64,000 bases of DNA from an uncultured Planctomycetia bacterium (GTDB lineage Bacteria; Omnitrophota; Gorgyraeia; Duberdicusellales; 4484-171): assembly GCA_964489445.1 (NCBI GenBank), contig CAZAYU010000005.1, positions 68,799-132,798 on the forward strand, read 5' to 3'. Position 1 is the stretch's first letter. Each line of letters begins with the position of its first letter. Shown here one piece after another: positions 1 to 8,854 of this stretch. The notes under the pieces were generated by a model. The model had not been told where the DNA came from and ran no database searches. It saw nothing but the letters and a program-made list of their open reading frames with translations. Both the position numbers and the translations under genes were made by a program.

Positions 1-23
1 TGTTTAGTGGTATACTAGACGCT

Positions 24-170
24 ATGACAAAAAAGATTAGTTCATTCAAGAAACAACGTATCTGTAAATTCCCTGGTTGTACAAGAATCTTAAGCATTTA
101 CAATCCGGAAGTATACTGCTATATCCACCAAAAAGTCATCAATTCCAAAAATCAGACTAAGCCTCACTAG
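24..170 (+). CDS. small Cys-rich ORF (48 aa), possible zinc-ribbon protein
   Basis: ATG at 24, TAG at 168-170; translation MTKKISSFKKQRICKFPGCTRILSIYNPEVYCYIHQKVINSKNQTKPH contains C-x4-C...C-x2-H; no clear SD; 3' end overlaps convergent csp gene. Confidence 0.2.
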   Translation: MTKKISSFKKQRICKFPGCTRILSIYNPEVYCYIHQKVINSKNQTKPH

Positions 171-456
171 CTTCACTAGTCTCACTAGCTTCACTAGTCT
201 CACTAGTCTCACTAGCTTCACTAGCTTCACTAGTCTCACTAGCTTCACTAGTCTCACTAACAACACTTACATTTACAGCATTTAACCCTTTTGGGGTTTT
301 CTGAATTTCAAACTGCACTTTTTCATCACCGACTAAAGTAGAAAAATCAATGTCATTAAGATTGTTTTTGTGAAAAAATACTTCATTGCCGTCGGTATCC
401 GCAATAAAACCAAACCCCTTGTCTACGATTACTTTTTTAACCACTCCTGTATGCAT
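157..456 (-). CDS. cold-shock protein (CspA family, S1-like cold-shock domain) with C-terminal (SEA/SET)x11 low-complexity tail
   Basis: N-terminal MHTGVVKKVIVDKGFGFIADTDGNEVFFH carries the RNP1-like KGFGFI motif typical of Csp proteins; tail encoded by a 9-nt tandem repeat. Confidence 0.85.
   Translation of the reverse strand: MHTGVVKKVIVDKGFGFIADTDGNEVFFHKNNLNDIDFSTLVGDEKVQFEIQKTPKGLNAVNVSVVSETSEASETSEASEASETSETSEASETSEASEA
162..260. repeat. 9-nt tandem repeat YYTCACTAG x11 (in-frame, encodes SEA/SET tripeptide repeats of the Csp tail)
   Basis: Direct reading: cctcactag cttcactag tctcactag ... tctcactaa, 11 contiguous units. Confidence 0.9.
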
Positions 457-513
457 TGTTCACTCTCCTTTATCTCTGTTACGTTAGATATTTTCGAATC
501 ACTCTTTAATAAA

Positions 514-519
514 ATTATA
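514..519 (-). promoter_or_regulatory. candidate sigma70 -10 hexamer (TATAAT on minus strand) upstream of csp
   Basis: Minus-strand ...ttgtcgTATAATtttatt... about 55 nt upstream of the csp ATG; no good -35 seen. Confidence 0.25.
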
Positions 520-608
520 CGACAAGAAAGAAAAAGAGGGAGATGGTAGAATTAATGGTTTGCTCTCATACCACCGTTCGTTGACTGTGATTGTGTCTCT
601 ACTTTAAT

Positions 609-944
609 TTAATATCTGTTATTGCGATAACCTGAGTTGCCGCGTCCTTGTCCTTCACCACCACCACCAAAGTTGTCTCTTCTTGGCTGCATTTTTTTTG
701 CTTTGTTTACGGTTAACTTTCTGCCGCTGAATTCTTGATCGCTTAAAGCGTCAATCGCAGCTTGAGCTTGTTCTTCAGTTTCAAATTCTGCAAAACCAAA
801 ACCTTTGGATTTTCCAGTATATTTGTCAGAAATAATCTTTATTTCTGCTGGGGTTATTCCTTTTTCTTCGATAAACCCTCTTAAATCACCTTCGTTAATG
901 TCATAGCTTAAATTTCCAATATACAATTTTTTTTGTTCTTCCAT
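609..944 (-). CDS. RRM-type RNA-binding protein with Gly-rich C-terminus
   Basis: LYIGNLSYDI (RNP2) and KGFGFAEF (RNP1) motifs; C-terminal FGGGGEGQGRGNSGYRNNRY. Confidence 0.85.
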   Translation of the reverse strand: MEEQKKLYIGNLSYDINEGDLRGFIEEKGITPAEIKIISDKYTGKSKGFGFAEFETEEQAQAAIDALSDQEFSGRKLTVNKAKKMQPRRDNFGGGGEGQGRGNSGYRNNRY

Positions 945-1310
945 TGTTTTCTCCTAATGAAACACTACCACAGAAATTTAGTCAGCAAATACTGCACCCC
1001 TCTTTAGCCAGAATTTTTTAGCAACATTCCATTTCATAACCTCTGGCCGATTCTTTCTTTTTTCAATGAACTTCTTTATGCAGGTATTATTTTGCCACAA
1101 TTTATCTTTTGGCAGAATAATTTAAACCCACTCCTATAACGAGTTAACTAACATTAGGCATGAAGCTCTAGGCAGGAAACGCTACAGTTAGCAAACTATA
1201 CCACAACTATTCATTATATGCAAGTTATTTTTCCAGAAATAAAAATACTGATTATTCACCACTTGCCCGAAACAGCTATCTACCAGCATGATGCATCGAT
1301 CAGCATAAAT

Positions 1311-2927
1311 CTAAGCGTATAACAACTGGCGTTGGCTTTTAATGCCTTCATCAGCTAAATACTCATCAAAGGTAATACCAATACGATCAATACAGCCATT
1401 AGGAGTAATCTCAACAATCCGATTAGCTACAGTTTGCACAAGCTGATGGTCGTGAGAGGAAAAAAGAATAGCACCTTTATACCTTTCTAGCCCACTATTC
1501 AATGAAGAAATCGACTCTAGATCTAAGTGGTTTGTCGGCTCATCAAGCACTAAAACATTAGGCTGCATAAGCATCATCCGAGAAAGCATGCATCTAACTT
1601 TTTCTCCTCCGGACAAAACGTTAACCGGCTTAAATGCGTCTTCTCCGGTAAACAACATGCGCCCTAAAAATCCACGAACAAAACTCTCTTCGCTTCCTCC
1701 GCAATACTGCCAAAGCCATTCCAAAATACTTACACCTGAATTAAAAAATTCTGCATTATCTTTAGGATAATATGCTCTTTTCGTTGAAATACCCCATTTA
1801 AAACTCCCACCATCAGCTTTACTTCTTCCAGACAGCACGTCAAATAATGCAGTTTTAGCTAAATTATTAGGCCCAACAAAGGCAATTTTATCACCACGCT
1901 CTACTCTGATAGTTATATCTTTAAATAAAGCTCTTCCTTCTAAAGACTTGGTAATATTGTTGATATCCAGCAAATCATTACCAACTTCACTTTCTTGCTC
2001 AAAATTAATATACGGATATTTGCGCGATGATGGTTTTATGTCTTCTAACGTAAGGTTTTCTAATGTTTTTTTACGACTGGTAGCTTGCCTTGATTTAGAG
2101 GCGTTTGCGCTAAAGCGAGATATAAATTCCTTCAGCTCTTTGCGCTTGTCTTCAATCTTCCTGTTAGATTCATTGCGTTGCTTTAAGGCCAGTTGACTTG
2201 ACTGCGACCAAAAACTAAAATTTCCGGTATACAGCCCAATTTTGCCAAAATCAATATCCGCAATATGCGTACACACTTTATCCAAAAAGTGGCGATCATG
2301 AGAAACTACAATTGCTGTATTCTCAAAATCGCTGAGAAACTCTTCCAGCCAAATACTAGTTCTAATATCTAGATGGTTAGTCGGCTCATCCAAAAGCAAA
2401 ATATCAGGATTGCCAAATAAGGCCTGCGCCAGGAGAACACGCACTTTTTGTCCTCCTTCAAGCTGATTCATCTTTAGATTATGAAACTTCTGCGCGATCC
2501 CTAAATCATTCAACAATTTAGATGCATCCGATTCTGCGTTCCAGCCTTCTAATTCACCAAACTCAGCTTCAAGTTCAGAAACATGAATGCCGTCAGCATC
2601 AGAAAAATTATCTTTTGTATACAAAGCATCTTTTTCAACAATAATATCGTAAAGCCGCTTGTGCCCCACAATAACAGCGTCTAAGACTTTAAACTCATCG
2701 AAGACAAATTGATCCTGTTTTAAAACTGACATCCGTTTTCCACTTGGCACTATTACTTCACCCGTAGCCGGTTCAATCTCACCGGAAAGTATTTTTAAAA
2801 AAGTAGATTTACCTGAACCGTTAGCACCAATTAAACCATAGCAATTACCGGAGGAAAAAACTATATTAACCTTCGAAAAAAGCTTGCGTTGTCCATACTG
2901 CAATGAAATATCATTAGCTGAAATCAT
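1311..2927 (-). CDS. ABC-F family ATPase (tandem ABC domains, no TMD; YbiT/EttA-like)
   Basis: Two Walker A motifs (GANGSGKST, GPNNLAKT), two LSGGQ/LSGGE signatures, 538 aa. Confidence 0.85.
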   Translation of the reverse strand: MISANDISLQYGQRKLFSKVNIVFSSGNCYGLIGANGSGKSTFLKILSGEIEPATGEVIVPSGKRMSVLKQDQFVFDEFKVLDAVIVGHKRLYDIIVEKDALYTKDNFSDADGIHVSELEAEFGELEGWNAESDASKLLNDLGIAQKFHNLKMNQLEGGQKVRVLLAQALFGNPDILLLDEPTNHLDIRTSIWLEEFLSDFENTAIVVSHDRHFLDKVCTHIADIDFGKIGLYTGNFSFWSQSSQLALKQRNESNRKIEDKRKELKEFISRFSANASKSRQATSRKKTLENLTLEDIKPSSRKYPYINFEQESEVGNDLLDINNITKSLEGRALFKDITIRVERGDKIAFVGPNNLAKTALFDVLSGRSKADGGSFKWGISTKRAYYPKDNAEFFNSGVSILEWLWQYCGGSEESFVRGFLGRMLFTGEDAFKPVNVLSGGEKVRCMLSRMMLMQPNVLVLDEPTNHLDLESISSLNSGLERYKGAILFSSHDHQLVQTVANRIVEITPNGCIDRIGITFDEYLADEGIKSQRQLLYA

Positions 2928-3168
2928 ATATCCGCCTTATTTTCCTATTTAAATATTTTTCTTTCATAACAAGCTATTGATTATATTACCTTTTCTTAAT
3001 ATTGCAACTACTAATCATTTTATATTATGGTTTTTCAGTTCTTTTATTTCAAGTAGAAGGAAGACTCAAATAGAGAATTCGGCCAGATAACAGATTAATC
3101 TTTTATCCAACTGCGTGTTTTAAACGGCGAATAAAGTAACAAAAATTAATATTTGCTTTACTAATATT

Positions 3169-3327
3169 TTATTTATCCTTTAACAAAGCAATACCACCAA
3201 TCACCGAAAATATTATCACCACCCAATTGTAAGCAAGCCAAAAAAAATCATTCTGAATAATCATGCCGGCGATTGTATAGACTGCTAAAATCAACAGCAA
3301 AGCTCCGATAACCTTATTTTTTCTCAT
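3169..3327 (-). CDS. small hydrophobic membrane protein (52 aa), not in ORF track
   Basis: ATG at 3327 preceded by AGGAGG-like SD (ggaggcaga); MRKNKVIGALLLILAVYTIAGMIIQNDFFWLAYNWVVIIFSVIGGIALLKDK; two predicted TM segments. Confidence 0.35.
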   Translation of the reverse strand: MRKNKVIGALLLILAVYTIAGMIIQNDFFWLAYNWVVIIFSVIGGIALLKDK

Positions 3328-3376
3328 CTCTGCCTCCTTTCTATGGTAAACATGCTCTATTAAATTCCAAAAAAAA

Positions 3377-4747
3377 TCATTTTATTAGTATATTAAGAAT
3401 AAATATATCATCTTTGAGATTATTGCTGCTGAACGAATTAACTTCACCAAGCAATCGCTGATTAAATAATTCCGGGCTTAATTTATTGTTTTTTTGGAAA
3501 AATTTCTCTAATCTTTCATCACCATAAAATTGGTTGTCAACGTTGGCTGCCTCAACAATGCCATCGGTAAACAGCAATATCTGATCGCCTTTATCAAACG
3601 GCATTTTATCTTGATACACCTTTGAACTTTCAACTGGCAGCCCCAACCAGCCAGTCTGAGAAGTGATTCTTTGGATGTTAGAGCTAGCACGTCTGTAAAT
3701 GTACTGGGGCGGATGTCCATAATTTGAGTAGATAAATTCTCCGGACCGATAATCTAAAAGCCCACAAAAAGCACTTAAGTACATATTAATCTGAGCAAAA
3801 TCACTCCTAATAAAGCTATCCAGATTCTTCAATAGCAAGCCAGGTTCTTTTCCCTCTTTAGCCAGCCTTTCAAACTCTCCGTGTAAAGTATTCACTAAAA
3901 GCGCAGCCGACACGCCATGACCGGTAACATCACAGATTATAAATATAAGCTTATCATCTGTTGAAAAATTAAACCTTCCGTAATCACCGCCCATATAATA
4001 TGCCGGAGCGTAAGTAGCTGCTATTTCTGCCTTGTCAGTATTTATTGAGTGTGGAATAAGCCGGGCATGAACTAAGGTTGCCAGTTCAAGCTCTTTTTCC
4101 ATCTGGGCATTTTTTTTCTCAATTTCTTTGAGAAGAATAAAATTCTCTATTTCACGAATGGTTTCTTTACGCCGGACAATAAAACAGAGTATAAAGCCTA
4201 CCGATAGAAGTAAAATTCCGTCAAAATACCAATATGGCCTAACCGCCACAAATTGAGGTATATAACTATTAGTATAGAATACTAGTGAGCAATAGGCAAT
4301 AAAATGCATTATACCTATAGGAATAACCTCTGAACACTTCCAAGGTATTATTGACGAAACTAGAAATAAAACTATAAGATAAACTGAAGCTGTTGTGTCA
4401 ATATACTGATAATAAATAATGTTGATTTTTGTAAGCACAATTAACAAAAAAGCAATAAAAAGATAGGCATTCAATCTTGCAGCTTTAAAGCTACGCGCTT
4501 TTGAACTTAAGAACGCAATCAAAATGCTGCCAATAATTAAAACAACCCAGGCAATTACCTCAGTGGGTTGAAATTCTTCCGGCAAAATAATAGCACTTAT
4601 AATACTTATTCCGGTATATAAACTAGCGGCCAAAACGCACAGCAAACGTACCCGCTTTTTAATGAGAGCTGTCCGGTTAGCTATAAATTCAAATAAGAAG
4701 TCAGCAGACATTTCATATTTAGCATTTATTGTTTTTTTAAGCTTCAT
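3377..4747 (-). CDS. membrane-anchored PP2C-family serine phosphatase (SpoIIE/RsbU-like)
   Basis: Multi-TM N-terminal half; C-terminal DVTGHGVSAALLVNTLHGEF and FTDGIVEA motifs typical of SpoIIE/PP2C domain. Confidence 0.75.
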   Translation of the reverse strand: MKLKKTINAKYEMSADFLFEFIANRTALIKKRVRLLCVLAASLYTGISIISAIILPEEFQPTEVIAWVVLIIGSILIAFLSSKARSFKAARLNAYLFIAFLLIVLTKINIIYYQYIDTTASVYLIVLFLVSSIIPWKCSEVIPIGIMHFIAYCSLVFYTNSYIPQFVAVRPYWYFDGILLLSVGFILCFIVRRKETIREIENFILLKEIEKKNAQMEKELELATLVHARLIPHSINTDKAEIAATYAPAYYMGGDYGRFNFSTDDKLIFIICDVTGHGVSAALLVNTLHGEFERLAKEGKEPGLLLKNLDSFIRSDFAQINMYLSAFCGLLDYRSGEFIYSNYGHPPQYIYRRASSNIQRITSQTGWLGLPVESSKVYQDKMPFDKGDQILLFTDGIVEAANVDNQFYGDERLEKFFQKNNKLSPELFNQRLLGEVNSFSSNNLKDDIFILNILIK

Positions 4748-4887
4748 TCGACTACCTTATTTATTTTTCTCATTACCCCTAAAAGTCATCCTAATGATTA
4801 TATCACAAAGAAGTCTCTGGAATCACAAAAACTACCTCTTGTAACAATATGCGCTATCGATGTAACTATTATTTTACTTAACAGCTA

Positions 4888-6735
4888 TTACTCTTGGGAA
4901 GAGCTAAATCTGGATTGACGGCTGATGCGTGTTCTGTCTATTTCTTTCACCACCGCTTTTCTGATTCGTATATTAAGAGGAGTAATCTCCACCAATTCAT
5001 CGTCATTAATAAACACAAGCGCAAATTCAAGAGTTATGTTGCGTGGAGGTATTAGATTGATTGCCGTATCACTAGTTACCGAACGCATGTTAGAGAGTTT
5101 TTTCTCTTTCTGCGGATTTACAACTATGTCACCACCTCTACTGCACAAGCCAATAACCATACCCTCATACACCACATCTCCCGGCTTAACAAAAATCTCT
5201 CCCCGCTCCTGTAAATTAGCGAGCGCAAACGCAACCACTTTTCCGTTACTGTTGGAAACCAAAACACCCTTACGCCTTGATGGCATATCACCCTTATACG
5301 GCTGAAGCTCAAGAAAGTTCTGACACATAATACCGCTACCGCGAGTCATCAGTAATAGTTCACTCCTGAACCCGATTAATGCCCTTGAGGTAATGTTAAA
5401 TTCCATCCGGATAGTATTGGAGGCAGTAACTTTTAAATCTTTCATCTGTGCTTTGCGTTCTCCCAGCGCCTGCATAACTACACCCTGATATTCGCTATCT
5501 ACCTCTATCACTACAATCTCCACCGGCTCTAAGACTTGTTCACCCACTTTTTTTAAAATAACTTGCGGCCGAGATACTTCCAACTCATACCCTTTACGGC
5601 GCATCGTCTCAATTAGGATTTCTAAGTGAAGCTCCCCTCTGCCTGAGACTCTGAATTTCTCACCATTGTCAACCTCTTCAACTCTTATGCCTACATTGAC
5701 CATTGCCTCATGCTCAAGGTACTCACGAATATGACGCGATGTTAAGAATACACCACCGTCTTTACCAGCAAGTGGACTCATATTATGGGAAAAATTCATT
5801 GATATTGTTGGCTCATCAATTTTAACAGCAGGCAACGCTTTAGGATTATCAACATTAGCTAGAGTTTCACCAATAGATGCATCCTCAATGCCCGTTATCA
5901 TTATGATATCTCCCGCCATAGCTTCAGACACATCTACCGGAGCTAAGCCCTTATATTTCATTATTTTAGTTACCTTAGCCGTTACAGTTGTGCTATCCCG
6001 TCTGACAAGAACAACTGGATCATCAATGCGTATTACTCCATGAAATATGCGCCCGATTGCAATACGCCCAAAGTAAGAGTTATGATCAATCATTGTCACC
6101 AGCATCTGAAACGGCAACTCTGGATTGGCAACCGGCGGCAATACCCGGTGCAGTATAGTGTCTAGTAAGGGCTTTATATTATCATTAGGCTCATCAAGAT
6201 CAAGAGTGGCATGCCCGTCCCGGCCAGAGGCGTAAACTATCGGAAAATCAAGCTGCTCATCAGATGCATTAAGTTCACAAAAAAGATCAAAAGTCATATC
6301 TGCAACTTCATCAGGTCGCGAATTAGGACGGTCAATTTTATTAATAACAAGTATCGGCTTTAAGTGTAACTCCAGCGACTTCTTCAGGACAAATTTTGTT
6401 TGAGGCATAGGCCCATCTACAGCGTCAACAAGCAAAAGTACACCGTCAACCATTTCCAAGATACGCTCTACCTCACTTCCAAAGTCAGCATGCCCAGGAG
6501 TATCTACAACATTACACTGCACACCTTTATAGTTAAAGGAGGCATTCTTGGAAAAAATCGTAATCCCCCTCTCTTTCTCTAAAGGGTTTGAATCCATAAT
6601 TGTTGTTTCGCCTTCCTCAAACTTATAAGCTCCTGTATATTTGAGCAGGGCATCTACCAATGTTGTTTTTCCATGATCAACATGTGCCACTATGGCAATA
6701 TTGCGGACATCTTTTCTTCTTTTTTGATTCGGCAT
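4888..6735 (-). CDS. typA: translational GTPase TypA/BipA
   Basis: [35 protein letters not shown], 615 aa EF-G-like architecture. Confidence 0.95.
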   Translation of the reverse strand: MPNQKRRKDVRNIAIVAHVDHGKTTLVDALLKYTGAYKFEEGETTIMDSNPLEKERGITIFSKNASFNYKGVQCNVVDTPGHADFGSEVERILEMVDGVLLLVDAVDGPMPQTKFVLKKSLELHLKPILVINKIDRPNSRPDEVADMTFDLFCELNASDEQLDFPIVYASGRDGHATLDLDEPNDNIKPLLDTILHRVLPPVANPELPFQMLVTMIDHNSYFGRIAIGRIFHGVIRIDDPVVLVRRDSTTVTAKVTKIMKYKGLAPVDVSEAMAGDIIMITGIEDASIGETLANVDNPKALPAVKIDEPTISMNFSHNMSPLAGKDGGVFLTSRHIREYLEHEAMVNVGIRVEEVDNGEKFRVSGRGELHLEILIETMRRKGYELEVSRPQVILKKVGEQVLEPVEIVVIEVDSEYQGVVMQALGERKAQMKDLKVTASNTIRMEFNITSRALIGFRSELLLMTRGSGIMCQNFLELQPYKGDMPSRRKGVLVSNSNGKVVAFALANLQERGEIFVKPGDVVYEGMVIGLCSRGGDIVVNPQKEKKLSNMRSVTSDTAINLIPPRNITLEFALVFINDDELVEITPLNIRIRKAVVKEIDRTRISRQSRFSSSQE

Positions 6736-6988
6736 TACTTCACCCTTTTTTATTTTTTAATCCTGTTCTTTTAAGATAAGGTAGCTATCTTACCAACAAA
6801 TAGCAAAAAAGCAAAATAAATTTAGATAGCGTAGCTTTTCATTTAGAAAATAACTACAAATTAACACCTATCCTTATCGATACTCTATATTCTTAGAAAG
6901 GTAGCTATGGTGAGCCCTGCTTAGATACCTCCTCTGGGAATGAGTTCTGACTGCGATTCGACAACATTAGAATTGTCAGCTAATAATT

Positions 6989-7735
6989 TTAATCCAGTCG
7001 AAGTGCTGGATCTTTCTGAAAATGCTGATAATCTTTTAACGATTGCCAGTTTCCACCCCAGGTCCACCCTAAACGTAAGAATGTCTTTACCACAAGACAA
7101 TCGGAAGTAAGCGTTCCGGGTCGATTGGGATCATACACAGACCCTTCAGGGAGCACGACATCTCCCTTAATATAGGGATTAATCGCGGGATTTATATCGA
7201 TAGCATACCCATATGCATGCTTAGAGAGTTTGGTGCCTCCGGTAATAACCCGATAGTTAAATGCCGAGGTATTATTAGCCATCATCGACTCATCATCCTC
7301 GTTCCACTTGCCATCTTTATAAAACATCTCATGGGCTATCGGTATTACTGACATAATTGGAAATTTAGTTTCAAAAGCAACATCAAAAACTTCCCGGATA
7401 TCATCTACCAATTGCTTATCAATCACAAGTTGCCCTTTATGTATCTTGCCGTCAAACGAATAATAAAAAAGATCAATCATCCGTTGTTTAGCTTTTATAT
7501 CGCAAGGCGCCTCTTTTCTTAACGCATCAGCCAAACTCATATTGCTGTCAACAACAACATCTTTCCATAATTCTGGTTCAACAGCAGTCACCTCTTCCGT
7601 TGCAAGTTCCATTTGAGAACTAGAATTAGCCGTCGCGCATCTCGTACCCACAATCATGACAATACATGTGTATATTAGCCACCTCACCATACCCACTCTC
7701 TCAAGACCGTTTGACCTTTTATGCCAATGCATCAT
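6989..7735 (-). CDS. secreted peptidase M15 family protein (VanY/LD-carboxypeptidase-like)
   Basis: Signal-like N-terminus; SKHAYGYAIDIN matches S-x-H-x6-D zinc-binding motif; later DYQHF. Confidence 0.6.
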   Translation of the reverse strand: MMHWHKRSNGLERVGMVRWLIYTCIVMIVGTRCATANSSSQMELATEEVTAVEPELWKDVVVDSNMSLADALRKEAPCDIKAKQRMIDLFYYSFDGKIHKGQLVIDKQLVDDIREVFDVAFETKFPIMSVIPIAHEMFYKDGKWNEDDESMMANNTSAFNYRVITGGTKLSKHAYGYAIDINPAINPYIKGDVVLPEGSVYDPNRPGTLTSDCLVVKTFLRLGWTWGGNWQSLKDYQHFQKDPALRLD

Positions 7736-7849
7736 AGCTACTCCTCAAAACTTAACCTAGCTTATTATATCTTCCACTACACTCAGAGCCAATTTTTGAA
7801 ATAAAAAAGACCTCTTTGATGATTATCTCATAATGAGACCTTTCTGATA

Positions 7850-7990
7850 CTAATACATGGCTCGCCTGTTTTACCCTGCGACCTAGCAGAGCAACTGCTG
7901 AGAGCGCAAGCGAACGGGGCGACAGCTTGCGTAGAGGTGCAGACACATACACCTAGCCAACCCCAGCTGGGCGGTTGATCGCTTACTTCC
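7850..7990. ncRNA. candidate structured RNA / cis-regulatory element (GC-rich island in AT-rich intergenic DNA)
   Basis: About 140 nt with GC far above surroundings (ggctcgcctg...cgcaagcgaacggggcgacagcttgcg...cagctgggcgg); only a spurious 66-aa ORF overlaps; lies upstream (minus sense) of the M15 peptidase gene. Confidence 0.25.
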
Positions 7991-8173
7991 ATGTACCTCA
8001 TTTGGTAATTTTATTGGTGCAAAATAGTTCGTTGTTATTTTAAAAGAGAAGCCAGGTAAAATTTGCGCCGGGAATTTTACTGACCTTAAAGAATTAGTTA
8101 TTAGCGAAGCTTGCTATTAATGAGCTTAGAACTTCTTGCCTGTTTAGACAAGATAAATAAACTATTCTCTACC

Positions 8174-8410
8174 CTATTCTCGCCAAAAATATAGTGCTAC
8201 ACTAAGAACAATACCCAGAAGATAAATCATTACAACACCTGAAAAAACATATGGATACGCCACCAAAGCAATCCCAATAACCATAGTCCGCCAGAGTGCC
8301 TTTTTTTTACCGTAAATAAAAGCAACAAATCCGATAGAACCAAAAATAATATAAGCAAAAATTTTTGCCGCGCTAAAATCGCCAATCTGTAATAATCCGT
8401 TACCTGCCAA
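8174..8410 (-). CDS. small integral membrane protein (78 aa)
   Basis: Two hydrophobic stretches, K/R-rich loop; no recognisable family. Confidence 0.4.
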   Translation of the reverse strand: MAGNGLLQIGDFSAAKIFAYIIFGSIGFVAFIYGKKKALWRTMVIGIALVAYPYVFSGVVMIYLLGIVLSVALYFWRE

Positions 8411-8854
8411 AATCCACCTCTGTGCTACTTATTATTTTACATCAAAAAAGTTCCCGATAATATATATATATCATATAAGATTAAGAATGCAAAATCCCCG
8501 GCGAGAAACTACTCTTCTAGTATAATTCGACTAAACACTTTTTCACCGATTTGCTTAAAAAAATACAGTCTCGCTCCAAACCTACGGTTCTCTGCCTCAA
8601 CGCAACGTAAATTTGTAAAAAGATACCCGAAAGATGTCTACCTATTAAACATATCTCTGAATTAGAAGCCTGCTTATCACGATAGAATACCAAATTATCA
8701 GTCATATAGCCGATTCAGAGATAAAGTTAATACAGAAGTGTCAATTCTGTCCACAGAGTCTTTCGTAGAAACTTTAGGCTGGATTTTATGTTGGGCTCAT
8801 TATCCTTTTGTAGTGTCATTCAAAACGTTCCTTTGCATATTTATTGGCGCGGGA

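Noticed and set aside
7752-7952. 66-aa minus-strand ORF
   Set aside because: It overlaps the GC-rich structured-RNA candidate, its amino-acid composition is Ala/Arg/Leu-rich from GC skew, and it has no SD.
8517-8705. 62-aa minus-strand ORF in the topB-upstream spacer
   Set aside because: No SD, low complexity, and it lies in a region that looks regulatory.
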